A stretch of DNA of 63,121 nucleotides, counting the filler, from Atractiella rhizophila (lineage: Eukaryota), in NCBI GenBank assembly GCA_021432655.1. It is 5 parts of 5 records of this genome, joined end to end, with 100 filler letters (N's around TTAATTAATTAA, not from the genome) between each part and the next. Parts side by side here need not be neighbours in the genome. Positions count along the whole stretch, not along the records: positions 1 to 30,684 come from MU271210.1; 4 more parts are not named here. The stretch is one strand, 5' to 3'. The first letter of the stretch is position 1; the number at the start of each line of letters is the position of its first letter. The position numbers and the translations under genes are program-made. A model generated the notes under the pieces. The model did no database searches. It was not told where the DNA came from and saw only the letters and a list, made by a program, of their open reading frames with translations. Shown one piece after another: positions 1 through 12,934 of the stretch.

Positions 1-1570
1 GTACCACGGTCTGTTTGGACGAATCAGTGTCAGATTATCTGCGTCCTCGTACTCCATAACGTGATCGTCAAGTCGTGGCCTATGTCGCAAGCAGAAAGTG
101 ACGTTCAGTCGATCCTCCTCAGCCTCTTTTGACACCTCGACCTTCTCGACATCTTCGACATGCCATTCCAAAAGTCTTTCGTCGACCGCATCTTCTTCTT
201 CATCCCTAGGATCGTTGGATACGCGAACAGAAAAAGAAGAGTGGTTGATGGAGAGCCAAAGCGTAGGAAGGGCGATTTGTGATTCTGCGCAAGTATAAAC
301 GTCGTTGTTAAAATCTAGAGATGGGAGAAATTTGAGTGCTTGGAGAGGATAGATTTGGAATCTGTTGTCGACAAAGTCAGTATTGTGAACTGGGGCGAAA
401 CACAGAATAGCAACTTGGAATGATGCATAGTCGAGATCTGCTGAAGAATGTGGTTCTCGAGCTGGAATGGCCAATAAAATCAGAAAAGGTTCGTAAAAGC
501 CGAGAGCACGCACATTCAACAGCTTCTCTGGCTTAAGACCAGTCATCAACTGACTTAATTCCTTACCCTTCGTTTTTCCAAAATAGTTGGCAGAAAAGAC
601 ATAGTTTAAGAACTTTTCTTCGTCGGCTTTCTTCACATGAGTTCGGTTGAGTCGAGAAGCGAGCTCGACCGCGAGCAGAGTGGTGTGACAATCTACCGAA
701 ACGGTTGGGAGACAATATTTTCTGATCAAGCAGACACACCTTGCGCGTACGCAATTAAACACCCCAGAGCCTTGCTGTTGCCGGACAAAATTAGTCTGAC
801 TCGTGAAACTTCACAAAGGAAGACTGACCCTCCCAGGACTGTCTTTTGAAGAAGCTTGGATTTGTTTGCCTTATGCTTGGAGATCGACAGATTCAAAATT
901 TCCATAATCTTTAGCTATTCTCAGGTCGTTTCACAGTCTGAGAATGGAGACAAACCTTCCTCCTGATCCCGCACCCTATTGCATCTTCGCCCGTCTGAAC
1001 CTCCAGCATGGGACAAATGGCTTGAAAAAGCACTTCTCCCGTGAGATTTCTCACTGGAATGATAGAGGGGTAGTATTTTGCTTTATCGATAGTCAAGTGA
1101 CATACCCTCCTCGACATTTGGTGCGTCGTCGTCCGCCATCAAAGCCTTTACCGTCTCTGAACCCCATCCTTATGGAATCAAAGAGAACACACACCTTCAC
1201 CCGGCCCAAAGCTTCATCTAACGCGTTTCTAATATCCTCGCTACTGATATCTCTGGCTGTTCCGCCTATCAACTTGGCAAGGATCGGAAAAGAGATGGCA
1301 GGTTGGAGCTGGTGAAGGGTCCGGAGATATGCATCCGATTTGATCAATTCCGCGCATCTCTGTCCCCAAAAGGTTGGAATACGTCGTCAGTTATAGAGAA
1401 CTCACAGCTGGACGCGTGCCAGTTTCACAATTCTCGATTGTGGTAAGCTCATCAATCAACTTCTGGACTGAATGCTGGATTGGCTGTTCTGACGCGTCAG
1501 AGAGTTCGAGCAACGCCTTTTTACTGCTCGCAAAGTCGATTGTGGCTTTTGATCTGGGTTTGGGTGGCAT
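1..1570 (-). CDS. Probable meiotic chromosome-axis core protein (SYCP2/Red1/Rec10-like N-terminal ARM-like + PH-like region); runs off the window start
   Basis: ATG at 1570 (MPPKPRSK). Hand-spliced through about 7 short introns: ...LGGKALGCLIAYAQDCHTTLLAVELASRL...EKFLNYVFSANYFG...ILQQISTMHHSKFQIYPLQALKF...TLWLSINHSSFSVRV...VEKVEV...LNVTFCL. The pattern resembles recalled SYCP2 motifs (LG..I..AGDYDLQ..I.EAL.R; RVFTFP; FWIDFN). The gene is well supported; the family call is an inference. Confidence 0.5.
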
Positions 1571-1775
1571 TTTGGCGTGGTAAAATGTTGCAGAAAGGAA
1601 AGAAGGTGGTTTCTTTTTGTCGGACGAGACGCGCGTAACGCGGCGAGAAATCACGTGCTATTTAATGAGACGCCGCCGCAAGCGTACGCCGACAATTACG
1701 ATTGAAGGACACAAGCATGGATTATGAGATAGAAGATACGAACAGGATAAGCAAACAAAAACCACTCTGTACAAA

Positions 1776-2563
1776 CTACACCGCGTTGCTTGCATTCTTT
1801 CTCGCTTCCTCTCTGACCTTCTTCCTGCAAACTTGGATGAGCTTAATCCAATGTAGTAAGAGCAGAGAAACAAACGTGTAGGCGTTCTTGTCTTTCTTGT
1901 ACATCGTATACGCTTCTAATTGGGCGGGATCGTCGGGGTTTGGTGTGTCCAGGAGGTCTTGGATGCCCAATAGAATCTATAACATACGGATCAGTGGGTC
2001 AAAAGGAGGCGCAAGATAAACCAACTTGTTTGACTGTTATAGCGGGCTTCCAAGATTTCTCCTCGTTCAATATGCTGAGACAGACAGTTCCGGAGGGATA
2101 GACGTTGGGGTGGAATAGAGGAGGGACGAATTTACCTGCCACAAGAGGAATCAAGGTTTGGTCCATCTGAAAAGTAATACTCACATTTCGGGGGCTTTGA
2201 AGGGTAGTCTTCTGGAAAGTACATGACAAGTTTGTACACTCCGGCCTCCCAAGGCGTATCCTTCTTCCCAGGGATTAAGCAATCCCTTGAGAACCGATGT
2301 CAGCGAATAATGTAGGTATATCGTGACCAAATACGAACCAAACCATCATGTTCTGACCTTTATCATTCTTGCTCGGTCGTGCAGAGAATCCCTTTATCCC
2401 AAACAAGTCAGAGAAGGCCATGAAACTCGCTAAAGGGATACATACGTAGGGATGGTCTTTGCGCCACTGCTTCCTCTCCTCCTGCATTCAGTGTCAACGG
2501 CTGTGCTTGAGATTCGACTACGTGGATGCGCACCTGAAGTCTTAGCAAACAAATCCCTGACAT
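1776..2563 (-). CDS. UBC9: SUMO-conjugating E2 enzyme Ubc9
   Basis: Spliced product [24 protein letters not shown]...[20 protein letters not shown]...[63 protein letters not shown]; diagnostic RKQWRKDHP and [15 protein letters not shown] motifs. Confidence 0.97.
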
Positions 2564-2666
2564 TATTCGTGATACTTTGGTTGTGTAAGAGGTTGAAAAC
2601 TGACAAGTTCAAGTTGGCCGTCGAGTTCTTGCTTGTTTGCGAGATGATTCATCAACTCTCATCATC

Positions 2667-5600
2667 ATGCTCCAAAGAGAGGAGGAAAGGCAACCTCGAA
2701 GGCAATCGCAGTCGATGCATCCAGCGCGAATACGATCGGGAGAATCGTGTGAACAGCTAGAAAGCAGGGCGTATTCGGCTTTGAAGTTTAAAGAAGAGAA
2801 TAGGATTACCTTAGAGCAACTTAACACAGCAGGCAGCGTTGTGAGTCTCTCTTCTTGCAAGCAAAGTGTGGGTGCCCATGAGCATTGTGATGCTGCTTAA
2901 GGATTCTGTGAACGATTCTGAGCGACGTAGAATTAGTATCAAGGGTATTTCGAAAGCAAGAGAGGTAGAACAGCATTCATCAGAAGACGACGTTCAGTTC
3001 GTTGCGAGCACCGAGACCATTACGGTCCCTACTACTCTCGATAGGTTCGAAACAGCTCCGAAGCCGTCTGAACTCAACAAACCTCCTGTGGAAATAAAAG
3101 GCAGGGCCATTAAGGCAAAGAATAGTGGTATATTTCTTCATTTCTTTGTGCTCGCTTGCCGCTTAACTTCTGGTGGCCAGGTATTCAAGTCAAAGGCAGA
3201 GCAAACAACCTTGCTGGTGCATTCCACTTGCATAAATAATTGAGAAAAAGAGCTGACCCGTAGTCTTAGCCGACCAACAGACTTTGGACGGCTGGACGAG
3301 AAGTAGCATTGGGATGGGTAATCCCCTTCCGCGTCAAGTCTTGACAAAAGAGCAAACCGGCTTGTAATTGCTTTCTCTCTCTCTCTACCTTTTGTTCTCG
3401 CATTGATTTCACAATAGCCCTCTGCGAAGAAAGATCCCCACTCCGCAAGATGGCGACCGTCAGGTGTGCATCCCCTTGCCTTTCTTGCTCCTCATCCTTA
3501 CTGGCAAAAGTTACCACCTTTCCTCAACACCCCGCCAAAATCCCTTCCAAAACGCAACTCGGCAGTGGCGGCACCATTCAAACCGCCTACCCGTGCAAGC
3601 GCTCGTGCTTCTGGTTCGAACGAGTTTTCGCACATTCGACAGAAGGAAACTGCGACCAAGTCTTCCATTTCCCTAAGATCGATACCTTCTGTCAAGAAGT
3701 CGGGAAGTTCTTCGCTTTCCGCAGGTAGTTCTCAAACTCCTCCTTTCCTTCTGGCTGAATTTTGGGTCAGGTGTTCTTGCTTACTCGGGACATGAAGTAT
3801 CGAAGCCAATGACCACGGACACATTCTACGGTACGGAATACGAGCAGGCGGGCCCATCTCAGCGGCGAATCACTGTTCCCTCGAAGCTGGATGGCAATTC
3901 TTCAAATGGCCAAACCAGCAAGTACTTCGGGCGGAACCAGGGTCTTCAAGAAGCTCGAAAACACCAACCTAGCGAATCTAGCTCGATGTCGAAAGGGAAA
4001 GGAAAGGGAAAGGCACCAGAGCGCAAGATCATCGAGATTGACGATTCGGCGGAAGGCGAGGATGACCCAATAGGCGAATTTGAGGATGCTCCTAACGGGA
4101 CAAGACTGCACCCATCAGCCCGTCAAACTCGTCCGCCAGCACACCTTACTATGCACGCCGATGACGATGACTCTTTCGATCAGCCACCTGGGGCGGACAC
4201 TCGAATTGGAGGGGAAGAATTTAACAGAAGGAAAGGCAAGTTCGAGTCTAGTACTGGTCCGGGTAAGAAAGGAGGGATAGTGGAGGGTCTGCGTAGAAGG
4301 CAGGTGCGTTCAAGTTCCACCGTACTATCGATGAAGTGACTGACAATATTTAGCTGAGAGGCGAAGACGAGGAGGAAGATGGAATGATTAAAGAAGCGAA
4401 TGCGATAAGGAACAACAAAATGTTGCACTTTTATGTCGACCAAGTTTGGGTTGGTGGCAAAAGCATGCCTGGTCGCAAGTCGCCGTTTCGCTTCATGGTG
4501 CATCCGAACAAAAAGATCACGTTGGGAGAAAGCGACATTCCTGAATCAACGATACGAAAAGCTTATGTACGCCTCCTTGATTGCTATATCATCACGAGAA
4601 CAAATCTTAACCTGGGAGGGGCAGGTCGTCCGGGACCGACCACTGATCTTCCTCGACTTAGATAGCCAAATCATTAAGAGGATAGTTCATAACTTATGGC
4701 CCGCAGAATCTCGTATCTTGTTCTCTTATCTGCTATATTACCGTGCGCTGAGGATGGATGCTTTACTGCAGACAAGCTTCTTACGACCTCATCGGCTGTC
4801 CTGAAGGTTCTGGGAGATAAAACCAAGGATTTTAGCGAGCCGGATTATGGCAGAATGTGTACCGTGTTGAAGGATGAATTGGACAAAACGCAGAAGGGAC
4901 GGGTTGAATACATTGAGTACGCTCTGCTCTCCCCTCACAGCAGGTTTTCAACCCGTTTTCTTTAGTTGTTCCGCAGCAAATGCCCTGGACACCGCTCTTC
5001 AAGACGACGTCTGGAAAGATGTGGATGTCGGGGTCGATCACTCACACGCCGGGCGATCACCAAAGATCGCTCAAACGACTGCAAGCAGGAGCAATGGACG
5101 CCCGCCGGACCACTATCGCGATGCAAATGTCCAGCAGAAGCCACCGCAAGCAAAAGCTAGGTATGCTATCATTGTTTCGTGCAAACGTAATGATAATCCA
5201 TCTTTCTTGAATAGACCGCAACCTGTTAAACCACCAACAGCACCTCCAGGTCCCGCCAAATCAAAAGCTAAGGCGGAGACTTTCCAAATCGAAGACGAGG
5301 ACTTAACAACTAATCCTTCCACCACGAAAGCAGCCAAGCCAATTAATGGCGGTCGACTTACTCGGAGTCAAGTTGTCGCTAAATCTGCTCAGGAGGCACG
5401 GAAAGAGGCTGCAAAGCTGGATGAAGTGTAAGTTATTTCCTCTTGCAAGTACAGCGATGAACTGCGGTAATGTCTTGCTATAGGATGGCGGTTTTTCCTC
5501 CTGAAGGGACTGGAAGCGTTTCGATCACTTACAGAGACTTCAATCGTCTTGTTCCAGAAGAATTTCTTAACGACACATTGATCGAGTATGGTCTCAGGTG

Positions 5601-7980
5601 TGAACGCGGTTGCAGAATGGATTCTCTGCTGACCAAAGACGTAGGAAAATCCAACACGACTTGAGGGCTGAAGGTCTAGACGTCGCTGACCAAGTCCACA
5701 TCTTTAACTCATTTTTCTACAAAAAGCTCACCCATAGGTGAGTGCACCATCAAACGTTACCTATCTAAAATTTGGCGCAGGAAAAAACCCCCCCGAGCAT
5801 TGAAGAAGGCTGACAACAGCGTTACTGAACCGCGCAAAAAGCCATCGAAAATTGACTATGAATCCGTTCGCAAATGGACCTCCAAAGTTGACATTTTTGA
5901 CAAGAAATACGTCATCATTCCGATAAACGAGCAGCACGTGCATTCATTCTTTGGTTGAATCTAACTGATTAATGGGAACCAGCTTGCACTGGTATGTTGC
6001 GATTATTGGCAACCCTGGGCTTGTCCTTCAGCCAGCTCCTCCTGAAGCACGGCAGCCCAAGGCTCCGCGACGGTCCGATCGTTTGGTACATGCACATGAT
6101 GCCGACGAGCCTGTCCCAACGGTTAAAGATGACGACGCAATGGATCTCGATAAAGTCGATGAAGCGGTACAAAACATGACAGTGGATGAGGACAGGAAGA
6201 TTGTCGAAATGGCTATGGATCTGGACAACGATGATTCAAGTGATTGTACGTTATGCATGATCACGAGCGCTAGCGCGAGGAAGTAGTGATATCAGGTTTA
6301 GCTCTAAAGAAGCACGACGAAGAGGCCAAGACAGAACAGGAGCAAGGGGATGAAGGAAAGAACGGCACCCCCGAGCTGAAACAGGATCGATGGTCGAAGT
6401 ATGTCCCCACCATGTGTCTGGTCAAATGCTGATGTTCGAGCAGACCTTTTGTCATCGTTCTGGACTCTATGGGCACAAAGCACAAGGCTGCTGTGGAACA
6501 TCTCATGTCTTACCTGGATGAGGAGGCGCGTGATAAAAAGCAGGTAGTCGACAATAATGCCCACAACCTTGAATCCAATCCACAAGCATCAGTGAGTACG
6601 GAGGGCATGCTTGATTTCCACTCATGACAAGCCACAGTGCCCGACACAAGACAACTATAGCGACTGCGGGCTTTTCGTTCTGCACTTCGTCGAACTGTTT
6701 CTGCGGGATCCGGACACAATTCTTCGTCTAACTTCAAAGGTTAGTTTACTACTTTGCCGACGCTTTCAACTATACTTACTCTGCATAGAAATACGGCAAT
6801 AAGACGGGTGAAGAACCGCAGAATGAGGCAGAATGGCATATGGAACGGATTGCAAACGATGCCAAACGGATTGAGATGCAGGAGGGCTTAAGGAAGTTGG
6901 AAGAGCAACACAAGGCTGCTCAAGACCGTCTGTCGACAGAGAAGAAGCGGAAGAAGGTGGGAGATGGGGATGACAGCTCGTCAACACTCCAAGGAGTTAA
7001 CAAGTCGACAGAGAGCAGCGACACAGAAGAGCGACCGTCAAAGCGCACGAGAACAGCAAGTCCCGACCGCACAGCTGAGCCTTCCGCGAGTATTCAGGTC
7101 CTTGAGCATGGCACAACAATGGCAAGCATTGGATCCATTGATTTGCCGCTTCCAAACAGTCCGACGTTCGACCTCCCTTCCGCTAGCATCCAAGAGATCC
7201 AGCCACCTTCCGCCCGCCCATCTCCACCACCTAGGACGCCGTCACCAGATCCCACAACTCTCTCGGGTGGAGCTCACGGCAACGAGAACCGAATGGAGGT
7301 GGACAGTCAGTCCGCGTCTTCTCCTACCCCATTGGTATGGGCTTCATCACCAGTTGCACTCGAGCTCAGGACTCCCCCTCCTTCGCTTGCCAAGTCTGGA
7401 CGAGCGAGCTCTCCCCGGAAATCCACACCTGTCGTGGACCACTTAGCCATCACCCAAGAAGCTACGGCTGACTCTCCTGCATCTAAGTTTACTACCGAAG
7501 CAGAACAGGGACCGGAAATGGAAGGAGAGTCGTCAGTCTTGAAAAAGAAAGAGGCGTCTCCAAACGTGGGCAGTCGAACAGAACAAGCTGCCATAGGTTC
7601 GTGTTCCCTTCGTTCCTCCTACGACTGCTATTGAGCACATGCTGCCGCAGAGGTATCGGACGACGACGGCGTAACGGGGAAAGATCCGGAATCCAGAAGG
7701 GTGCGAACCTCAAGAAAATCTGCCTTTCGAGTCATCGATTCTTCTGTTCAACTTGATCAAAAGCAGTCGGAATCCACAGCACTGAGGCGTTCCTCTCGAA
7801 AGTCTTCGTGCGTCTCTCCTTTCGTGCATCTTACTCGATTCTCATCCATATGCCATGTGGTGATACAGCCCGGTGAAAGAGCAAGTGAAAGAACAGGCTA
7901 GCCCTAGGAAGAGCGGTAGTGGGAGGAAGAGGAAGATCATTCAGCACCAGGACGATGTCAATGTCATTCCACTGGACTGA
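2667..7980 (+). CDS. ULP2: Ulp2/SENP6-7-type SUMO protease (peptidase C48) with long disordered N- and C-terminal regions; 5' end uncertain
   Basis: C48 motifs in order: EEFLNDTLIEYGLR, HIFNSFFYKKLT, VRKWTSKVDIFDKKYVIIPINEHLHWYVAII (His), VLDSMG (Asp), PTQDNYSDCGLFVLHFVELFLRDP (Cys). SIM-like motifs KIIEIDD and C-terminal DDVNVIPLD*. Exons from 2667 to about 3800 can be joined by plausible introns but might be a separate gene. Confidence 0.85.
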
Positions 7981-8290
7981 TGTTTTGGGTGCGAGTTATT
8001 TCGTTGCGGTATGTGTACACATGGTCTGCCTGCTCTGTTCGTTTCGTTTTTCACTCTGTTGTTCTGTTTACATCTGCATATCGCTTCAGTCCATTTACTT
8101 TTATCGTAATGTAGCATCTCCGCTATTACGCGTTTACCCCATGCATGCTTATTCTTTGTGTCGCTTCCATCAATGATCTTGCGCAACGAACTGGGAATCA
8201 GAGAGAATAGATGCATTAATAAACTTTTACGACATCCCACACATCCTCAACCCCGCTCAACACACTCCTCTCCAGCGCTTCCCGCTAAAC

Positions 8291-9714
8291 TCACTTATTA
8301 GCGAACTCGACACCCTTCTGGATGTTCTTCTTCAACTCGGGCAAGCAAGCATCCAAGAGTTCCTGCTCCTCCTTCGTGATCTGTCCAACCTCGTGGATCT
8401 TCGACACTCCTTCCTTGCCGAGCTCGACGTTGGACGCGAAGAATTCAATGCCCTCCTTCTCGAATAGAGGGGAGCGGACGAAGGTAGGCTCAACAATGCC
8501 AGTTTGGCCGTCGAGAGCGCGGAGGAGGGCATCGGCGAAGACGGCACCGGCTGTAACATCGACAACATGAACATTAATAATAAATTCTTTGTAGAAACGG
8601 GTGAAAAGGAACGTACCGTAAGCCATAGAAAGGGTAGCAGATCCAGCTCCATCCTTCGCCTTGACGACTTCGTCACCACCGTATTGGATGCGCTTCACGA
8701 CGTCGGCGTAGGTTGATCCACCGGAAGAAAGGACTTTCTGTCCCTCAGCGAGTTGAGAGAGGAGCGGAACGATGGTAGGTCCGCTGTGGCCTCCAACGAC
8801 GGTAACACGGGTCTTGGAGGGATCGGAGGATGCGAGACCGGAAACAAAGGTAGCGGCGCGGACGACGTCGAGGGTGGTCACTCCGAAAAGTCTGTGTGGT
8901 GGCACAATCAGAAAGGTGGAGGGAAGGAGAGAAGGAAACAAACCTCTTGGGGTCAAACACGCCGGCCTTCTTGTAGACTTCGGCAACGATGGGGACGGTG
9001 GAGTTGACGGGGTTGGAGATGATGAGCATGTGTGCTTTGGGTGCTGTCTCAGCGGCAGCTTTTGCGAGGTCGCGAACAATAGAAGCGTTGGTCTGTCATT
9101 CCATTCCATTCATTTCAGATACCCAAAGAATTGAACGGGAAACAGGAAGAAGGATACTCACGTTGAACAAGTCGTCACGGGTCATTCCGGGCTTCCTAGG
9201 TACACCAGCAGGGATGACAATGATGTCTGCTCCCTCGAGAGTGCTCTTCAATCCATCTCCGTCAGGCGCATAGCCCTTGGTCTAAGCACCACCAAACCAC
9301 GTCAACACCTTTTTACCCGAGACAGAAAGTAAAGAGACGCACGACAGCAGGCGAGTTGACATGCGACACGTCTGCTGCTACACCGGGTGCTCCACGGATA
9401 TCGTACAGGGCGAGGGAGGAGACAAGAGGGTTTTGTTTCAAGAGGAGAGAGAGAGGTTGTCCAATTCCACCTGTTCATTCATCAACCAGGCAACCAGTCA
9501 ACCTCTTTCTCATCCACGTGTAGATATGCGTGTAGATATGTAAGCGATTAATACATACCAGCGGCTCCCAAAACGGCAACCTGTTCCAGAGGACATCTCA
9601 TTAGCAGACACCAAAAAAAATTAAGAGCCAGCAGACCTTGTAAGGGTTGACACGGGAGGTAGAGAACGCGCGGCGGCTGAAGGCAGAGAGGCTGCGAGAG
9701 GAGACAGAAAGCAT
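8291..9714 (-). CDS. MDH1: Mitochondrial NAD-dependent malate dehydrogenase
   Basis: Presequence [109 protein letters not shown]. Includes a micro-exon of about 22 nt near 9558-9579. Confidence 0.97.
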
Positions 9715-9989
9715 CTTTTTAGGTGTGAGAGAGGAAAAAGAAAAGTAGCGAGTCTGAAAGTGGTCGTGGTTTTTTGGGGAGCAACTGAGGAAATCGCCGA
9801 GTTTGGCCGACAAACGGAAACAACCACGACTACCAAACTGCGACATTGTTACAGTACATATCACTGTCACCTGGAGAGCTGGAGGCACAGGAACTTCATT
9901 ACAGCAGGATTAGAGAGTTTTGGTGGAGATACTTAGCAACTGAAAAGATGGTAGGAACTGGGAGAGAGTCCGAGCGACAAGTTTGAGCT

Positions 9990-10800
9990 CGTCATGTTGC
10001 ACGCATGAGAGCGGACAGACGGGGTCGCTCTCTATGCACAGCGTACACAGTCGCTGAAAGACTTCTCTGAGGTTTAAACATAATAGCGAAGAGGAAGCAG
10101 CATGGGGACGTATGTGTGTATTCCTTACTAGCTTGCATCCAGCAGGAAGACCACACGCGTGTCCAATACCATTTAACGTCGTAGCACCTGTTTAAAGCAG
10201 TGGTTTCTTGCTCTGTCAAGAGTAAATTGGACCAGCATGATGAGAAAAAGGATTCGAAGCCCTTGGTTTAGGAGGTTTCACTCCAGTGCTTTTGTTTGCC
10301 AGGGTGCAGCCATTTATGCAGAATCGAGTCCTTTACTCCCGTCTTTCTTTCTCTGCGTGCTTCAACCTGCAAATTTGGTTGACAAGGAAGAGAGGAATAC
10401 TCAAACACTGCTGCTTGGTCATGTTCGCTTCCACTTTCTTTGTTGCCTTAATCCACGATTCCTTGTCTCCTTGGACCTTTCTGTCCAGTCCAATCCTTAT
10501 TGCTTTATCTCTTACAGTGGAATCCCTTCAATATGTTCCCTTGGAGGGAGGGAGGACGTAAATATGTCACACCTTCAGAGTGATAACGACGAGCGTCAAG
10601 CAAAAGAGTGAACGTTTGAGCTATACGAGCATCTCCTCCCCGAGGCTCACTGGCCCAACGCTAACGTATTTGATCCACTCAACTACATACTCTTTCAAAA
10701 CTGACTCCGGGATAATACAGGCTCCATTTAAGGGCAGTAGCGCAAGTCACAACACATCACGTGCTCAGCGGTCGCGCTGGAACGCGTTCCTTGATGCTTT
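9990..10800 (-). mobile_element. Possible degenerate transposase relic (En/Spm-CACTA-like)
   Basis: Broken minus-strand frames contain, in order, KTGVKDSILHKW, SNPFS and DVKWYW, reminiscent of the TG(V/I)KD...NPFL...GVVKY.W motif order recalled from basidiomycete transposase-like proteins. There is no intact ORF and no termini were seen. Confidence 0.25.
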
Positions 10801-11068
10801 GAACAAGGAGTCGCGACCTTGTTCCTCTTCCCCTTGAAGCTTGAAGCCTGGAGGGAGATCCGTTGATGCGCCGTTCAGGTTGTCAAGACGCACAGTGGCA
10901 CGACCTTGTTGTATAACGTGTGCTTTGACCCTCTCGTCCTTATCCCTCCAGAGCCCAAGGTACAAAACAACGACCTAGACTCTTTTGCTACTAGTTTCTC
11001 ACTCGTTCACTCGTTGTGCCTGCTACGCCGTTACAACCAAAGGTTGAGAACGGAAGAATAGACTCATA

Positions 11069-12825
11069 ATGGCTGGTCCTTCCTTCTTCCAAAGAGCGCT
11101 CAACGTCCCTCCATCGACGACGAAGACGACGACATTCCACCAGAATTGGGACCCATACGATTACGAAGAACAGCGCGATATGGTGTTCGCAAGCCTGTTT
11201 GGTCGCCCTCTCCCCATCCCTCGCCCTCCACCGTGGATAGAACCACCTCCAATGTTCGAGAGTGAAGAGCGACAGCAAATTATGAGGCCGAAGAACCCGC
11301 TTGCCAATCTTGCGACCCTTCCTCCGGAACTCCTCGTCTACCTTCTAGATACTTGTGTCTTCCTTGACACGTTCGAGTACGAGTCGACTCTGAATCATTC
11401 CCCCATGCGTTACCTCCATCGTGGGGAAACTGCCTGTCCAGTCGCTTGGGAAACTCCCTATGTCTTAGGAGAAGACATTTCGAGCGATAGCGTCAACTTT
11501 TTGGGTGTCGATAAGAGTGATAGTATCGTGTTGAGCGTGAAAAAGAGGTGGGAACGTGTCAAGGCGCTACAGAGATGTTGTAAACGTGTTGCTGGGCTTT
11601 GTTACGCCGTTCTCTGGAAGGTGAGTTGTCCATTTCCTCCCAGAGAGAGAGAAAGTGCTCAAAGTAGAAGTAGGACGTCGATTTATCTCACGCTTCTCTC
11701 TCTTCTCTCGAATCGTTCTTCAAGATGTCCCAAGAAAATGTCACTCAACACGTCCAGAACATCGCCTTCTCCTTGACGCCAACTTACTCCGCCTACGTCC
11801 AACATGAATCAGCCGGCTTCGCACCTCGAAGTTTACGATATGAACAAATCGGACGTATCCTTCGCTCCCTCCCAAACCTCAAAAACGTCTCCTGTCAAAT
11901 CCGCACCAACGTTTCCCACGGACTCTTCACCGACCTCGCCATCTACGGGACAAAATTAACCAAGTTCGTGCTCGAGCCTCATGAGCGTGTCTTGGCCAGC
12001 GATCTCGAGTGGCTGTTCATCCGTTCGCCCAATCTCAAGCACGTCGCTTTGTCAAAAGTCGATCCGTCTGGACCAGTGGGCAGAACATGGGATCAAGTCG
12101 GCGACACTTCTTTTCTCCTTCGCATCCTAGCAGACTTACGACACCTTGAAGTACTCGATCTTTGCGATTGTCTCTTCCTCACCGATGAATCCCTCACTCT
12201 GCTGCCTTCTGACCCGTTCCCGACACTTAAACGACTCCTTCTCCCTTACAACGTTAATTTTTCATGTTCAGCCTTTCATACTCTCGTTTGCTACCCGAAC
12301 ATCTCAAAGAACGTCGAGTGCCTGTCTGCAGGTCCGTTTTCGCAAGACGAGTACGAGTACTGTCTCAAACAACTCAGTGTCAAGAAAAGCGGGAAGATGA
12401 TCCTGTCAGATTTCAAGACCCAATTCGCCAACCTCCACTCGATCAGAATGATAGAGGACTACTCCTTCCTCTACTTCGCCACTATCCTACAAGATGAAGT
12501 TTGCGAACGGATAGAAAACATTTGCCTTTTTCGACCTCCAGGGAGTCTGAGTCCAGACATCGTTACGCGAAAGTTTGGAAAAGCGAAAAGGGTGTGGAGT
12601 TGTGGACAGTGGGGTTTGGAGGACGGTGAGTGGTGGGATAGAGACGAGGACGAAAAGGTGCTTTACAAACAGTTCCATCCAGAATCCAATGAAGAGGCGG
12701 AATGCTGTGGACATGGACAAGGCAGGAGGGCGTTGGGAGAAGGCGATCCAAATATTTTGGCAAAAAATGCAGGGACCAAAGCAGAGAAGAAGATAGTCAT
12801 GCTCAACGATTTTTTCCATATATAA
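11069..12825 (+). CDS. F-box / RNI-like LRR protein
   Basis: F-box-like LATLPPELLVYLLD...ALQRCCKRVAGLCYAVLWK; one intron (about 11621-11673); LRR-like units LPNLKNVS, SPNLKHVALS, LRHLEVLDLCDC, FPTLKRLLL. Confidence 0.7.
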
Positions 12826-12934
12826 ACCATTCTTTTCATTTTCCTTTCCAAACAATGTATTTAGGACTTTTGTGGATTCTGTTTCGATACTAGATTCATG
12901 AGATATTTTACTGATGAGGACATTTTGGACATTT

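Noticed and set aside
1626..1657. ACGCG/CACGTG promoter-like motifs (also near 61815)
   Set aside because: Short, common words that cannot be assigned as regulatory sites from sequence alone.
9517..9540. Short 11-12 nt tandem duplications (CGTGTAGATATG x2; also AATCTTAGTGA x2 near 44413)
   Set aside because: Two copies only, in non-coding sequence; ordinary slippage.
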